A stretch of DNA of 56,535 nucleotides from Thioalkalivibrio sp. (GCA_007692435.1 RECA01000088.1:1-56535); one strand, 5' to 3'; shown: positions 28,165 to 39,759, numbered from the stretch's first letter. Program-made: numbers and translations. The notes: a model not told the origin generated them from the letters alone.

Positions 28165-30531
28165 GTGATCCCGTTTGCCGCAGCCCTCACGGGCGGATCG
28201 CTGGCCCTTCACCTGCTGCCGGCGATTCCGGACGGGCCGTGGATCGCATTCGCGGTGCTGGCGCTCCTGGCGCTGCCGCTGCGGATCCTGCGCATCCCGG
28301 CCGGATTCCTGCTGGGCCTGTCGCTTGCCGGGGCACAGGCGCAGGCCTGGCTGGAGCGGGCCGTCCCTCCGGAGATGACCGGCACCGAGATCACGGTGAT
28401 CGGCGTGGTCGCTCAGCTTCCGGACCATTCCCCGCGACGCACGCGGGTCGTTTTACACCTCACTGAGATCATCGACGCGCCGCCCGGGTTCCACGCCGAA
28501 CGGTTGCGCATGACGGTCTTTCCTGCGGCCCCCCGGCTGGAGGCGGGGGACCCGGTGCGGGTCCGTCTGCGGCTCCGGGCGCCCCGGGGCCTGCACAACC
28601 CCGGGGGTTTCGATTTTGCCGCCTGGCTGTACCGCGAGCGCATCCACGGGCTGGCCAGCCTGCGCGGCGAACTGGAGTGGCTGGAGCGAGGCGGGCACCG
28701 GTCTGTCCCAGGGGCTTCCCTGCACCGGCTGCGCGCGAACATACGGGACGCGATGCGGGCCGCCCACCCCGGTGCCCGCCACCCCGGTGTCATGGAAGCG
28801 CTGGTGATCGGGGAACGTGGCGGCATGCAGGCCGAGGAATGGCGGCTCTTCCTGCATTCCGGAACCAACCACCTGATGGCGATCTCGGGTCTGCACGTGG
28901 GTCTGGTCGCGGGTTTCGCGCTGTTGCTTGCACGCCTGAGCTGGCGTCATCAGCGGCTGTTGCGGCAACGGGTGTCGCTGCGCTGGTTCGGTGCCCTCGC
29001 GGCGATCGGCGCGGCCGCCACCTACGCGGCACTCGCCGGATTCAGCATTCCGACCCAGCGGGCGCTGGTCATGCTGATCCTGTTCAGCACCGCCGTGCTG
29101 GCACGTCGGGACCCGCTCTCGTGGCAGGTCTACGCCGCCGCTGTGGTCGCAGTGGTGGCGCTGTGGCCGGCGAGCGTACTGGCTCCGGGCTTCTGGTTCT
29201 CCTTCGGGGCCGTGGCGGTGATCCTGCTGTTGGTACAGGGGCGTGTGGCACGGCCGGGTGCGGCCGGGTGGCTGCGCATCCAGGTGGTTCTGGCGGTGGC
29301 CCTGCTGCCCTTGAGCCTGGCCTGGTTCCAGCTCGGGTCCTGGGTCGCCCCGGTCGCGAACCTGGTGGCCGTGCCGGTCGTGAGCTTCCTCGTGCTCCCC
29401 TTCCTTCTTGCCGGGGCGGCGCTGGCCGTCATCTGGACGCCGCTGGGCACGCCGCTGCTCTGGTGGGCCGATGCGTGGCTGGCCCTGCTGCTTCGGGTCC
29501 TCGCGGTCCTGGTGGAGTGGCCCGCCGCGGTGAGCGAGACGGCGATCCCGTGGGCGGCGGCGGTGCTGGCCGGTGTCGGTGTGCTGCTGATCCTGCTGCC
29601 ACGGAGCCGGCGGCTCGCTCCGTGGGTACTGCTGGCATGTCTGCCGCTGCTGCTGCCACCGGCACCGCGGCTGACCCATGGCGACTTCAGGGCCGAGATG
29701 CTGGACGTCGGGCAGGGACTCGCCGTGGTCGTGCAGACCCGCCAGCACGTGCTGGTCTACGACGCCGGCCCGGCCTGGGAGGACGGCTTCGATTCCGGGG
29801 CGGCGGTGGTGCTGCCTGCCCTGCGACGGCTGGGCGTCCGTGCCGTCGACCGGGTCGTGGTCAGCCACGAGCACATGGACCACCGCGGCGGCGTGGCGGC
29901 GGTGCTGTCGGGTCTGCCCGTGACGGAGGTCCTGAGCCGGCGCGGAGCCCTGCGCGGCGACGAGGGAACCTGCGAGGCCGGGTTGTCCTGGGAATGGGAC
30001 GGCGTGGTCTTCGAGACCCTGCACCCGCCTCCGTACTGGGACGACGGCAACATCGCGTCCTGCGTGCTCGCGGTGCGGGGACCTCATGGGCGGCTGTTGC
30101 TGACCGGCGACCTTGAGGGGCTGGGAGAGAGTGTGCTCGTGCACGCGGCGGGCGGGCGGCTGCACACCGACGTGCTGCTGGTCCCGCATCACGGGGCCTC
30201 CGGCGTCCTCGCGCGCGGTCTGCTGGATGCCGCGAGCCCCGGGATCGCCTGGGTGAGCAGCGGTTTCGACAATCGCTTCAGTCACCCCGCGTCCGATGTC
30301 AGGGCCCGGCTCGACGACCGGTGCGTGCCACTGTTCGACACACGCGAGCGCGGCATGGTCTGGCTCGAGACCACGCCGGAGGGCATCCGGCTCGGGCCGG
30401 GGAGCCGGGTCGAGCAGCCGCGTTTCTGGCACCCCCCGGTGGTCCGGGAGCCGTCGCTGCCGGCGGCCTGTCCGCCCTTCGACGGCAACCGCCCGTTGCC
30501 CATCCCCGGCCGGGCGGCCGGTGTAGAATAG
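28165..30531 (+). CDS. comEC: DNA internalization competence protein ComEC/Rec2
   Basis: NPGGFD, HLMAISGLHVG, and a metallo-beta-lactamase domain (DVGQG, SHEHMDH, VPHHG). Confidence 0.95.
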   Translation: MIPFAAALTGGSLALHLLPAIPDGPWIAFAVLALLALPLRILRIPAGFLLGLSLAGAQAQAWLERAVPPEMTGTEITVIGVVAQLPDHSPRRTRVVLHLTEIIDAPPGFHAERLRMTVFPAAPRLEAGDPVRVRLRLRAPRGLHNPGGFDFAAWLYRERIHGLASLRGELEWLERGGHRSVPGASLHRLRANIRDAMRAAHPGARHPGVMEALVIGERGGMQAEEWRLFLHSGTNHLMAISGLHVGLVAGFALLLARLSWRHQRLLRQRVSLRWFGALAAIGAAATYAALAGFSIPTQRALVMLILFSTAVLARRDPLSWQVYAAAVVAVVALWPASVLAPGFWFSFGAVAVILLLVQGRVARPGAAGWLRIQVVLAVALLPLSLAWFQLGSWVAPVANLVAVPVVSFLVLPFLLAGAALAVIWTPLGTPLLWWADAWLALLLRVLAVLVEWPAAVSETAIPWAAAVLAGVGVLLILLPRSRRLAPWVLLACLPLLLPPAPRLTHGDFRAEMLDVGQGLAVVVQTRQHVLVYDAGPAWEDGFDSGAAVVLPALRRLGVRAVDRVVVSHEHMDHRGGVAAVLSGLPVTEVLSRRGALRGDEGTCEAGLSWEWDGVVFETLHPPPYWDDGNIASCVLAVRGPHGRLLLTGDLEGLGESVLVHAAGGRLHTDVLLVPHHGASGVLARGLLDAASPGIAWVSSGFDNRFSHPASDVRARLDDRCVPLFDTRERGMVWLETTPEGIRLGPGSRVEQPRFWHPPVVREPSLPAACPPFDGNRPLPIPGRAAGVE

Positions 30532-30535
30532 CGGG

Positions 30536-31597
30536 ATGCGCAGTCCCGTTCCCGACACCATTCGGCCGATCCGTTTCGACGCCGGAAGACTCCATCTGCT
30601 GGACCAGCGTCTCCTGCCGGCTGAATCCCGCGTGAATGCCTATGACGACGCGGCGGCCGTTGCCGAGGCGATCCGGGACATGGTCGTGCGGGGGGCTCCG
30701 GCGATCGGCATCACTGCGGCCTTCGGTGTCGTGCTGGCCTGCGACCGCGCGCGGGATCGCAATGCCGCCCCCTGGCGCGCGGAGGTGGATGCGGCCATCG
30801 AGCGGCTGGCGGCGTCGCGGCCGACTGCGGTGAACCTGTTCTGGGCACTCGACCGCATGCAGGTGGTGCTTGACCGCTGCGGTTCCGTCGCAGAGGCCTG
30901 TACGGCGACCCTCGCCGAGGCGCAGGCGATGCTGGAGGCGGATATCGCCGCGAACCGGCGCATGGGGGCGACCGGTGCGGCCCTGATCGAGCCCGGGCGG
31001 GCGGTGCTCACCCACTGCAACACCGGATCGCTGGCAACCGGAGGCTTCGGGACCGCACTGGGCGTGATCCGCGCGAGCTGGGGCGAGGGCCGGATCACGG
31101 AGGTCTTTGCCGACGAGACCCGTCCCTGGCTGCAGGGATCGCGCCTCACCGCGTGGGAGCTGCTGCGGGACGGGATTCCGGTCCAGCTGCTGTGCGAGGG
31201 CGCGGCCGCGAGCCTGCTGCGGACCGGCCGTGTCGGCTGGGTCATCGTCGGGGCCGACCGCATCGCGGCCAACGGGGACACCGCCAACAAGATCGGCACC
31301 TACGGACTGGCGTTGCTCGCCCGGGCGCACGGCGTGGGCTTCATGGTGGCGGCCCCGCTGAACACCGTCGACTTCGAGATCGCGGAGGGCGCGGCGATCC
31401 CGATCGAGATGCGCGCGGAATCCGAGGTGCTCGGACTGGGCGCTCGGGCGGTCGCGGCCCCCGGAGCCCGCGCCTGGAACCCCGCCTTCGACGTGACCCC
31501 CGCGGACCTGATCGACGTGATCGTCACCGAACACGGTGCGGTGCACCGTCCCGACCGCGCCGGTCTCGCCGCCCTCCGCGAGCGCTCGGGCGGGTGA
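30536..31597 (+). CDS. mtnA: S-methyl-5-thioribose-1-phosphate isomerase
   Basis: VRGAPAIG, RPTAVNL, THCNTG, ETRP, ANKIGTY, NPAFDVTP. Confidence 0.96.
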   Translation: MRSPVPDTIRPIRFDAGRLHLLDQRLLPAESRVNAYDDAAAVAEAIRDMVVRGAPAIGITAAFGVVLACDRARDRNAAPWRAEVDAAIERLAASRPTAVNLFWALDRMQVVLDRCGSVAEACTATLAEAQAMLEADIAANRRMGATGAALIEPGRAVLTHCNTGSLATGGFGTALGVIRASWGEGRITEVFADETRPWLQGSRLTAWELLRDGIPVQLLCEGAAASLLRTGRVGWVIVGADRIAANGDTANKIGTYGLALLARAHGVGFMVAAPLNTVDFEIAEGAAIPIEMRAESEVLGLGARAVAAPGARAWNPAFDVTPADLIDVIVTEHGAVHRPDRAGLAALRERSGG

Positions 31598-31678
31598 CAC
31601 CGGACAGGTCCGCGCGCCGCCTTGACCGCGGTATGTTAGACTTGCGTGTTTTCCACCGCCGGAAGTCCACGCTCGCCG

Positions 31679-34345
31679 ATGGCTGAATTCGCGAAGGAAA
31701 TATTCCCGGTCAATCTCGAGGACGAGATGCAGCAGTCCTATCTCGATTACGCGATGAGCGTGATCGTGGGGCGGGCGCTTCCGGATGTCCGCGACGGGCT
31801 GAAACCGGTGCATCGGCGTGTTCTCCACGCGATGCGCGAACTCGGCAACGATTACAACAAGCCGTACAAGAAGTCGGCGCGCGTGGTGGGCGACGTGATC
31901 GGCAAGTACCACCCGCACGGCGATTCGGCGGTGTACGACGCGATCGTGCGCATGGCGCAGCCCTTCTCGATGCGCTACATGCTGGTGGACGGGCAGGGCA
32001 ACTTCGGCTCGGTGGACGGCGACGCGCCGGCCGCGATGCGTTACACCGAGGTGCGCATGGCGCGCATCGCGCAGGAGCTGCTGGCCGACATCGACAAGGA
32101 GACGGTCGACTTCGTCGACAACTACGACGGCTCGGAGCGGGAACCGTCGGTGCTGCCGGCGCGGTTCCCGAACCTGCTGGTGAACGGCTCCGCCGGCATC
32201 GCGGTCGGCATGGCCACGAACGTGCCGCCGCACAACCTCGGCGAGGTGGTGGATGCCTGCATCGCCCTGATCGACGCCCCGGACATCAGTATCGACGGCC
32301 TGATGGAACACCTCCCGGGGCCGGACTTCCCCACCGCGGCGATCATCAACGGCGCCGACGGCATCCGGGATGCCTACCGCACCGGCCGGGGGCGGGTCTA
32401 CATCCGCTCGCGCACGCACACGGAGCCGCTGGAGGGTGGGCAGCGCGAGGCGATCGTGGTCACCGAGTTGCCCTACCAGGTCAACAAGGCACGGCTGATC
32501 GAGAAGATCGCCGAGATGGTGAAGGAGAAGAGACTCGAGGGCATCAGCGAACTGCGCGACGAATCCGACAAGGACGGGATGCGCATCGTGATCGAGCTCC
32601 GGCGCGGCGAGATTCCCGAGGTGGTCCTGAACCACCTGTTCATGCACACGCAGATGCAGAACGTGTTCGGCATCAACATGGTCGCGCTGGTGGAGGGGCA
32701 GCCGAAGCTGCTCGACCTGCGACAGATCCTCGAGGCCTTTCTGCGTCATCGCCGGGAGGTGGTCACCCGGCGCACCATCTTCGACCTGCGCAAGGCGCGC
32801 GAGCGTGCCCACGTGCTGGAAGGCCTGACGGTCGCGCTGGCGAACATCGACGCGGTGATCGCGCTGATCCGGGCGGCCGCGAATCCGGCCGAGGCGAAGG
32901 CCGGCCTGCTCGCGCGCTCCTGGGAGCCGGGGGCGGTCACGGGGATGCTGGATCGCGCCGGCGCGGATGCCTCCCGCCCGGAGGACCTGGCGCCGGCGTT
33001 CGGCCTGACCGCAGAGGGTTACCGGTTGTCGGAGGCCCAGGCCCAGGCCATCCTCGACCTCCGCCTGCACCGGCTGACCGGCCTCGAGCAGGACAAGATC
33101 CTTGAGGAATACCGTGGGCTGCTGGACCTGATCGAGGACCTGCTGGACATCCTGGGCTCCGGGGAGCGCCTGCAGGAGGAGATCCGCAACGAGCTGCTGG
33201 CAGTGCGCAAGCAGTACAACGATGCCCGCCGGACCGAGATCCGCGCCGCCCACGCGAACCTGACGCTGGAAGATCTGATCGGCGAGGAGGACGTCGTGGT
33301 CACGCTTTCGCACGCGGGCTACGTGAAGTATCAGCCCGTCTCCGCCTACCGGGCCCAGCGGCGGGGCGGCAGGGGCAAGGCCGCGACCAGCTTCCGCGAA
33401 GAGGACTTCATCGATCGCCTGGTCGTGGCCAACACCCACGACACCATCCTGTGTTTCTCCAGCCGGGGCCGCGTCTACTGGATCAAGGTCTACGAGCTCC
33501 CGCAGGGCAGCCGGGCGGCACGCGGCAAGCCGATCGTGAACCTGCTGCCGCTGGAGTCGGAAGAGCGGATCAACGCCATCCTGCCCGTGCGCGGCTACGC
33601 GCCCGACCAGTTCGTGTTCATGGTGACCGCGGCCGGCACCGTGAAGAAGACCCCGCTGACCGACTTTTCGCGCCCGCGCAGCAGCGGGATCATCGCCGTC
33701 GATCTGCGCGACGGGGATCAGCTCGTTGACGTCGCGCTGACCGATGGCCACCAGGACGTGATGCTGGTGACCTCGGCCGGCAAGGCGGTGCGCTTCCCGG
33801 AGACGGACGTGCGGGCGATGGGGCGCACCGCCTGCGGCGTGCGCGGCGTGCGCATGGAGGACCCGCACCGGGTGATCGCGCTGCTGATCGTCGACGAGGG
33901 CGCGGCCCTGTTCGCGAGCGAGTTCGGCTTCGGGAAACGCACCCGCTTCGACGAATTCCCGCTGCACCGGCGCGGCGGGCAGGGCGTGATCGCGATCCAG
34001 TGCGGGGACCGTAACGGGGTGCTGGTCGGGGCGGCCCGCGTCCTCGACGACCAGGAGGTCATGCTGATCACCGACGGCGGGACGCTGGTACGGACACCGG
34101 TCGAGCAGATCCCGCTGATCGGGCGCAATACCCAGGGTGTGCGGCTGATCCGCCTCTCGGAGGACGAGCGGCTGGTGGAACTCGCGCGGGTCGAGCGGCT
34201 GCAGGGCGAGGACGACCCTGAGGACGAGGCCGCGGACGAGCCCGAGGATGGCGGCGGGGCCGGAGACGACGCGCAGACCGGTGCGGCGAAACCCACGGGA
34301 GACGCCGGGGCGGACTCGCCCCGGGGCAATGGAGACCAGGAATGA
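31679..34345 (+). CDS. gyrA: DNA gyrase subunit A
   Basis: [11 protein letters not shown] (wild-type S83/D87 equivalents), AAMRYTE catalytic Tyr, GyrA-box QRRGGRG, acidic tail. Confidence 0.99.
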   Translation: MAEFAKEIFPVNLEDEMQQSYLDYAMSVIVGRALPDVRDGLKPVHRRVLHAMRELGNDYNKPYKKSARVVGDVIGKYHPHGDSAVYDAIVRMAQPFSMRYMLVDGQGNFGSVDGDAPAAMRYTEVRMARIAQELLADIDKETVDFVDNYDGSEREPSVLPARFPNLLVNGSAGIAVGMATNVPPHNLGEVVDACIALIDAPDISIDGLMEHLPGPDFPTAAIINGADGIRDAYRTGRGRVYIRSRTHTEPLEGGQREAIVVTELPYQVNKARLIEKIAEMVKEKRLEGISELRDESDKDGMRIVIELRRGEIPEVVLNHLFMHTQMQNVFGINMVALVEGQPKLLDLRQILEAFLRHRREVVTRRTIFDLRKARERAHVLEGLTVALANIDAVIALIRAAANPAEAKAGLLARSWEPGAVTGMLDRAGADASRPEDLAPAFGLTAEGYRLSEAQAQAILDLRLHRLTGLEQDKILEEYRGLLDLIEDLLDILGSGERLQEEIRNELLAVRKQYNDARRTEIRAAHANLTLEDLIGEEDVVVTLSHAGYVKYQPVSAYRAQRRGGRGKAATSFREEDFIDRLVVANTHDTILCFSSRGRVYWIKVYELPQGSRAARGKPIVNLLPLESEERINAILPVRGYAPDQFVFMVTAAGTVKKTPLTDFSRPRSSGIIAVDLRDGDQLVDVALTDGHQDVMLVTSAGKAVRFPETDVRAMGRTACGVRGVRMEDPHRVIALLIVDEGAALFASEFGFGKRTRFDEFPLHRRGGQGVIAIQCGDRNGVLVGAARVLDDQEVMLITDGGTLVRTPVEQIPLIGRNTQGVRLIRLSEDERLVELARVERLQGEDDPEDEAADEPEDGGGAGDDAQTGAAKPTGDAGADSPRGNGDQE

Positions 34346-35424
34346 ATCGAGTGTTCAACTTCAGCGCGGGTCCTGCCGCGCTCCCCGAGCCGGTGCTCGA
34401 GCGCGCCCGGGCCGAGTGGATGGACTTCCGCGGTTCCGGCATGTCGGTGATGGAGATGAGCCATCGCGGCAAGATCTTCATGGAAATAGCGGAAAAATCG
34501 GAAAAAGATGTCCGTGCACTGCTGGAGGTGCCGGACGACTACGCCGTGCTGTTCCTGCAGGGCGGGGCGACGGGGCAGTTCGCGGCGGTGCCGCTGAACC
34601 TCCAGCCCGGCGGCCAGGGCATGGACTACGTGGACACCGGTGCATGGTCGGTGAAGGCGATCAAGGAGGCGCAGAAGTTCGGCCCCGTGAATGTGGTCGC
34701 GAGCAGCAAGGACAGCGGTTACGCCTCGATTCCCGACCCGTCGGAGTGGCGTCTGGATCCGGATGCGGCGTACCTGCACTACACGCCGAACGAGACCATC
34801 GGGGGCGTGGAGTTCCACTTCGTGCCGGATTCCGGAACCGTGCCGCTGGTGGCCGACATGTCGTCGACGATCCTGTCGCGGCCCCTGGACGTGTCGCGCT
34901 ATGGCGTGATCTACGCGGGTGCCCAGAAGAACATCGGTCCCGCCGGGGTGACGCTGGTGATCGTGCGCAGGGACCTGCTGGAACGCAGCTCCGGGCCGGT
35001 GCCCGCGGTGGTCGACTACGCGCTGCAGGCCGGCAACGACTCGATGTACAACACGCCGCCAACGCTCGCGTGGTACCTGTCGGGGCTGGTCTTCGAGTGG
35101 CTCCTGGAGCAGGGTGGCCTGCCGGCGATGGCCGAGATCAACCACCGCAAGGCCGCGAAGCTCTATCACTTCGTGGACAACTCCGAGTTCTATCGCAACC
35201 CCGTCGAGGTCGCGGCGCGCTCCTGGATGAACGTGCCGTTCATCCTTGCCGATTCGGCCCTGGACGGCAGCTTCCTGAAGCAGGCGACCGAGGCCGGGCT
35301 GTCCGGGCTGAAGGGACACCGCTCGGTGGGAGGCATGCGTGCAAGCATATACAACGCAGTGCCGGAGGCCGCCGTGGACGCCCTGATCGAGTTCATGGCC
35401 GACTTCGAGCAACGCCATGCCTGA
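34342..35424 (+). CDS. serC: Phosphoserine aminotransferase
   Basis: [31 protein letters not shown]. Confidence 0.98.
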   Translation: MNRVFNFSAGPAALPEPVLERARAEWMDFRGSGMSVMEMSHRGKIFMEIAEKSEKDVRALLEVPDDYAVLFLQGGATGQFAAVPLNLQPGGQGMDYVDTGAWSVKAIKEAQKFGPVNVVASSKDSGYASIPDPSEWRLDPDAAYLHYTPNETIGGVEFHFVPDSGTVPLVADMSSTILSRPLDVSRYGVIYAGAQKNIGPAGVTLVIVRRDLLERSSGPVPAVVDYALQAGNDSMYNTPPTLAWYLSGLVFEWLLEQGGLPAMAEINHRKAAKLYHFVDNSEFYRNPVEVAARSWMNVPFILADSALDGSFLKQATEAGLSGLKGHRSVGGMRASIYNAVPEAAVDALIEFMADFEQRHA

Positions 35425-35437
35425 ACAGAGGGCCTCC

Positions 35438-36601
35438 ATGTTTCGTATCCAGACCTTCAACAACATCGCGGTGCGCGGTCTCGACCGGTTCCCCCGGGAG
35501 ACCTACGAGGTGGCGTCGGGACTTGCCGACCCCCACGCCATCATGCTCCGCTCGCACAACCTGCACTCGACACCGATCGCGGACTCGGTGCAGGCGGTGG
35601 GGCGCGCCGGCAGCGGGGTGAACAACATCCCGGTGGACGCGCTGTCCGCCCGCGGCGTTGCGGTGTTCAATGCCCCGGGAGCGAATGCCAATGCGGTCAA
35701 GGAGCTGGTGGTCGCGGGAATGCTTCTCGCCTCGCGGAACCTGGTCCCGGCGGCGGAATATCTCCGCACGCTCGACGGCAGTGACCCGGAGTTCATGAAA
35801 CGGGTCGAGGACGGCAAGAAGCGCTTCGTCGGCTTCGAGCTCCCCGGGCGCACGCTCGGGGTGATCGGGCTCGGGGCGATCGGGGTCAAGATCGCCAATG
35901 CCGCCCGCGCGCTCGGGATGCACGTCGTGGGCTACGATCCGAAGATCACCGTCGAGAGCGCCTGGCGCCTGGAGGCCGACGTGGACCGCGCCCGAACGGT
36001 GGACGCCGTGGTGTCCGCCGCCGACGTGATCACCTTCCACGTGCCCCTGAACGACCATACCCGGAACATCCTGGACGCGACGCGCGTGCGCTCGCTGAAG
36101 CGCGGGGCCATCGTGATCAATCTCGCCCGCGAGGGCGTGATCGACGATGCCGCCGTCTGCGCGGCGCTGGAGGAGGGGCGGATCCACGCCTTCGTCACCG
36201 ACTTCCCGACACCGGAGCTGATCGGACACCCGCGGGTCATCGCGCTGCCGCACCTGGGGGCATCGACGGTGGAATCCGAGGAGAACTGTGCGGTGATGAT
36301 CGCGGACCAGCTGCGCGATTACCTCGAGAACGGGAATGTCCGCAACGCCGTGAACCTGCCCGCCCTCGCGCTGGAGCGCAAGGGCGACACCCGGCTTGCG
36401 ATCGTGAACCGGAATCTCCCGGACCGTGTCGGCCAGATCTCGCGGACCCTCGGCCGGAAGGACGTGAACATCGTGCACATGGTCAACGAGTCCCGGGGCG
36501 ACCTCGCCTACACGCTGCTGGATGTCGAGGGCGAGGTCGACGCCGCAACGGCAGAGGCCATCGGCGCAATCGACGGGGTCCTGCGCGCACGGGTCCTGTA
36601 G
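35438..36601 (+). CDS. serA: D-3-phosphoglycerate dehydrogenase with C-terminal ACT domain
   Basis: RAGSGVNNI, GLGAIG, PHLGAST; follows serC. Alternative start at 35417. Confidence 0.88.
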   Translation: MFRIQTFNNIAVRGLDRFPRETYEVASGLADPHAIMLRSHNLHSTPIADSVQAVGRAGSGVNNIPVDALSARGVAVFNAPGANANAVKELVVAGMLLASRNLVPAAEYLRTLDGSDPEFMKRVEDGKKRFVGFELPGRTLGVIGLGAIGVKIANAARALGMHVVGYDPKITVESAWRLEADVDRARTVDAVVSAADVITFHVPLNDHTRNILDATRVRSLKRGAIVINLAREGVIDDAAVCAALEEGRIHAFVTDFPTPELIGHPRVIALPHLGASTVESEENCAVMIADQLRDYLENGNVRNAVNLPALALERKGDTRLAIVNRNLPDRVGQISRTLGRKDVNIVHMVNESRGDLAYTLLDVEGEVDAATAEAIGAIDGVLRARVL

Positions 36602-37683
36602 TGGCGGATTCAGCCGAACTGGAGCAGCTGCGCGAACGCATCGACGCGATCGACGCGGAGCTCCTGCGCCTGCTGAACGAGCGGGCGCGCTGCGCGGTCG
36701 ATGTCGCGGCCGTGAAGCGCCGCCAGGGCGGGCAGGCCTTTTACCGCCCGGAGCGCGAGGCCGGCATCCTGCGTCAGGTGCGCGAGCAGAACGCGGGACC
36801 GCTTCCCGGGGACGTCGTGGTGCGGCTCTTCCGCGAGATCATGTCGGAGTGTCTGGCACTGGAGGAACCGCTGGTGGTGGCCTTCCTCGGTCCCGAGGGC
36901 ACCTTCACCGACCTCGCCACGCGCAAGCACTTCGGTCAGGCGGCCACGCTGCAGCCGCTGGTCGCCATCGACAGTGTCTTCCGCGAGGTCGAATCCGGCC
37001 GGGCCCACTTCGGGGTCGTTCCGATTGAAAACAGCACCGAGGGGGTCGTCACGCACACCGTGGACTGCTTCCTGGAATCGCCGTTGCTGATCTGCGGCGA
37101 GGTGATCCTGCCGGTGCAGCACCACCTGCTGTCCCGCTGCGATCGCCTCCAGGACGTGAAGCTGGTGATGGCGCACCCGCAGGCCCTCGCGCAGTGCCGC
37201 CAGTGGCTCGACCGGGAACTGCCGGGCGTGGAACAGCGCCATGCATCGAGCAACGGACTGGCCGCGCAGAACGCGGCCGGGATGGCCGGAGCGGCCGCGA
37301 TCGCCAGCGACGCGGCCGCCGAGCGTTACGGCCTGCAGGTGCTGGCGCAGAACATTCAGGACCGCGGGGACAACACCACGCGCTTCCTGGTCATCGGCCG
37401 GGTGGAGGCGGGCAGGACCGGCCGCGACCGGACGTCGATCATGCTCAGCACCGCGAACCGGCCCGGATCCCTGTTCGGTCTGCTGAAGCCGATCGCCGAG
37501 GCCGGTATCAGCCTGACCCGGATCGAGTCGCGGCCGTCCCGCTGCGTGAACTGGGACTACGTCTTCTTCCTGGACTTCATCGGGCACCGCGACGATCCCG
37601 AGATCGCCGCCTGTCTGGAGGCGCTGCGCGGCTCGGCGGAGATGCTGAAGATCCTTGGCAGTTATCCCCAGGCGGCCACCTGA
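36601..37683 (+). CDS. pheA: Chorismate mutase/prephenate dehydratase (P-protein)
   Basis: LRERIDAID, ENSTEG, NTTRF, IESRP. Confidence 0.97.
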   Translation: MADSAELEQLRERIDAIDAELLRLLNERARCAVDVAAVKRRQGGQAFYRPEREAGILRQVREQNAGPLPGDVVVRLFREIMSECLALEEPLVVAFLGPEGTFTDLATRKHFGQAATLQPLVAIDSVFREVESGRAHFGVVPIENSTEGVVTHTVDCFLESPLLICGEVILPVQHHLLSRCDRLQDVKLVMAHPQALAQCRQWLDRELPGVEQRHASSNGLAAQNAAGMAGAAAIASDAAAERYGLQVLAQNIQDRGDNTTRFLVIGRVEAGRTGRDRTSIMLSTANRPGSLFGLLKPIAEAGISLTRIESRPSRCVNWDYVFFLDFIGHRDDPEIAACLEALRGSAEMLKILGSYPQAAT

Positions 37684-37758
37684 TGCACGACCGTGCATTC
37701 CAACCCTGCCGCCCGGGCGTTCGGCCGCCGCGGCCGTTGACAACAGAAAGGCTGGAAC

Positions 37759-38877
37759 ATGGTTGACTTTGCTGCACTCGCGGTGCCCGGCGTGCAGGCG
37801 CTGCGCCCCTACCAGCCGGGCAAGCCGGTCGAGGCCCTGGAACGCGAGCTGGGCATCCGCGAGGCGGTGAAGCTCGCCTCGAACGAGAATGCGCTGGGTC
37901 CGAGCCCGCGAGCGGTAGATGCCGCGGGCCAGGCCCTGCATGCCCTGCACATCTACCCCGACGGCAATGGCTTCGCGCTGAAGGAGGCGCTGGCCGCGCG
38001 GCACGGGGTGGCCCCCGAACAGGTCACGCTCGGCAACGGGTCCAACGAGGTCCTGGAACTCATCGCCCGAACCTGGCTGGCGCCGGGACGCAATGCGGTG
38101 TACTCGCAGCACGCCTTCGCGGTCTATCCGCTGGTGGTGCAGGCCGTCTCCGCGGAAGGGCGCGCGGCGCCGGCGCGTGCGGTCGATTCCGAGCAGCCCT
38201 ATGGCCACGACCTCGCTGCGATGGCGGCACAGGTGGATGCCGACACGCGGGTGGTCTTCGTGGCCAACCCGAACAACCCGACCGGAACGTGGCTGGGCGC
38301 GGAGGCGCTCGAGCGGTTCATCGCGCAGGTGCCGGCGGAGACACTGGTGGTGGTGGACGAGGCCTACGCCGAGTATGTCGAAGAGCCCGACTACCCGGAC
38401 ACCACCCGGTGGCTGGAGCGCTTCCCGAATCTGCTGGTGACCCGGTCCTTTTCGAAGATTCACGGCCTGGCCGGTCTGCGGCTCGGGTACTCCGTGTCTT
38501 CGGCGGTGGTTGCGGACCTGGTGAACCGCGTGCGCCAGCCGTTCAACGTGAACGGGGTCGCGCAGGCGGCGGGTGTGGCGGCCATCAGCGATACCGCGCA
38601 CGTCGCCGAGAGCGTCCGGATGAACCGGGCGGGCCTGAAGCAGCTCGGCTCGGGGCTGCGGCAGCGGGGCATCGGCTTCATTCCGTCGGTGGGCAACTTC
38701 ATCACCTTCGACGTGCGCGAGGCGCCAGGCGCGGTCTACGAGCGCCTCCTGCGCGAGGGCGTGATCGTGCGCCCGGTGGCGAACTACGGGCTTCCGACGC
38801 ACCTGCGGGTCACGGTCGGCACCGCTGCGGAGAATGAGCGCTTCCTCCGGGCGCTGGATGCGGTGCTGAAGACGTGA
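37759..38877 (+). CDS. hisC: Histidinol-phosphate / aromatic aminotransferase
   Basis: KLASNEN, NPNNPTG, DEAY, SFSKIHGLAGLRLG. Confidence 0.93.
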   Translation: MVDFAALAVPGVQALRPYQPGKPVEALERELGIREAVKLASNENALGPSPRAVDAAGQALHALHIYPDGNGFALKEALAARHGVAPEQVTLGNGSNEVLELIARTWLAPGRNAVYSQHAFAVYPLVVQAVSAEGRAAPARAVDSEQPYGHDLAAMAAQVDADTRVVFVANPNNPTGTWLGAEALERFIAQVPAETLVVVDEAYAEYVEEPDYPDTTRWLERFPNLLVTRSFSKIHGLAGLRLGYSVSSAVVADLVNRVRQPFNVNGVAQAAGVAAISDTAHVAESVRMNRAGLKQLGSGLRQRGIGFIPSVGNFITFDVREAPGAVYERLLREGVIVRPVANYGLPTHLRVTVGTAAENERFLRALDAVLKT

Positions 38878-39755
38878 TCGGGCGACTGGTGATCTTTGGC
38901 GTCGGCCTGATCGGCGGTTCGATGGCGCTGGCACTGCGCGCCGCCGGGGCGGTGTCCGAGGTGGTCGGCTGCTCGCGTTCGGAGGCCAATCTGACAGAGG
39001 CGCAGCGGCTCGGGGTCATCGACCGCTGGACCACGGATCCCGCACTGGCCTGCGCGGGCGCGGACCTTGGCGTGCTTGCGGTGCCACTGGGATCGATGCA
39101 GGGCCTCTCCGCAGCCATCGCCGGGCACTGGCCGGCGGAGGCCGTGCTCACCGACGTGGGCAGCAGCAAGCAGGCCGTGCTTGATGCGGTCCGTGCCGGC
39201 TTCGGGCGGCTGCCGCGCAACTTCGTCGCCGGTCACCCGATTGCGGGCACCGAGCGCAGCGGGGTCGCGGCCGCCTTTGCCAGCCTGTTCCAGGACCGCC
39301 TGGTGATCCTGACTCCGGCCGACGAGACCAGCCCGCTGGCCGCGGAGCGGGTGGCCGGGATGTGGCGCGCGACCGGTGCGCGGGTCGAGTTCATGACCCC
39401 GGCGCACCACGATCACCTGCTCGCGGCGACCAGCCACCTGCCTCACGTGCTCGCCTACGCGCTGGTGGAATCGCTGGCGCGGATGAGCGAGCGCGACGAG
39501 ATCTTTCATTACGCCGCCGGCGGGTTCCGGGATTTCACCCGGATCGCCTCCAGCGACCCGGTGGTGTGGCGGGACATCTGCCTCGCCAACCGGGACGCGA
39601 TCCTCGAGGTGCTGGAGCGCTTCCAGGGCGACCTGGACAGCCTGCGGCAGGTGATTGCCCGGGGCGACGGGGCCGAACTCGAGGCGCGCTTCGAGTTCGC
39701 CAAGGATGCGCGGGACCGCTTCAGCGAGAAGATGCAGGCACAACTGGACCAGTGA
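38874..39755 (+). CDS. tyrA: Prephenate/arogenate dehydrogenase
   Basis: GVGLIGGS, DVGSSK, GHPIAG, SHLPH, FRDFTRIA. Confidence 0.95.
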   Translation: MIGRLVIFGVGLIGGSMALALRAAGAVSEVVGCSRSEANLTEAQRLGVIDRWTTDPALACAGADLGVLAVPLGSMQGLSAAIAGHWPAEAVLTDVGSSKQAVLDAVRAGFGRLPRNFVAGHPIAGTERSGVAAAFASLFQDRLVILTPADETSPLAAERVAGMWRATGARVEFMTPAHHDHLLAATSHLPHVLAYALVESLARMSERDEIFHYAAGGFRDFTRIASSDPVVWRDICLANRDAILEVLERFQGDLDSLRQVIARGDGAELEARFEFAKDARDRFSEKMQAQLDQ

Positions 39756-39759
39756 GCAA

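Noticed and set aside
31622-31642. TTGACC...TAGACT as a -35/-10 pair for gyrA
   Set aside because: The spacer is only 9 nt. An extended -10 (TGtTAGACT) is possible but too weak to list.
31910-31950. Quinolone-resistance substitutions in the gyrA QRDR
   Set aside because: HGDSAVYD retains Ser83 and Asp87 equivalents.
30299-33967. 1222-aa antisense ORF opposite mtnA-gyrA, and similar long antisense ORFs opposite purL, rne, mfd, pheA-hisC and rpsA
   Set aside because: Shadow ORFs caused by high GC3 codon bias. They have no recognisable motifs and fully overlap clear housekeeping genes.
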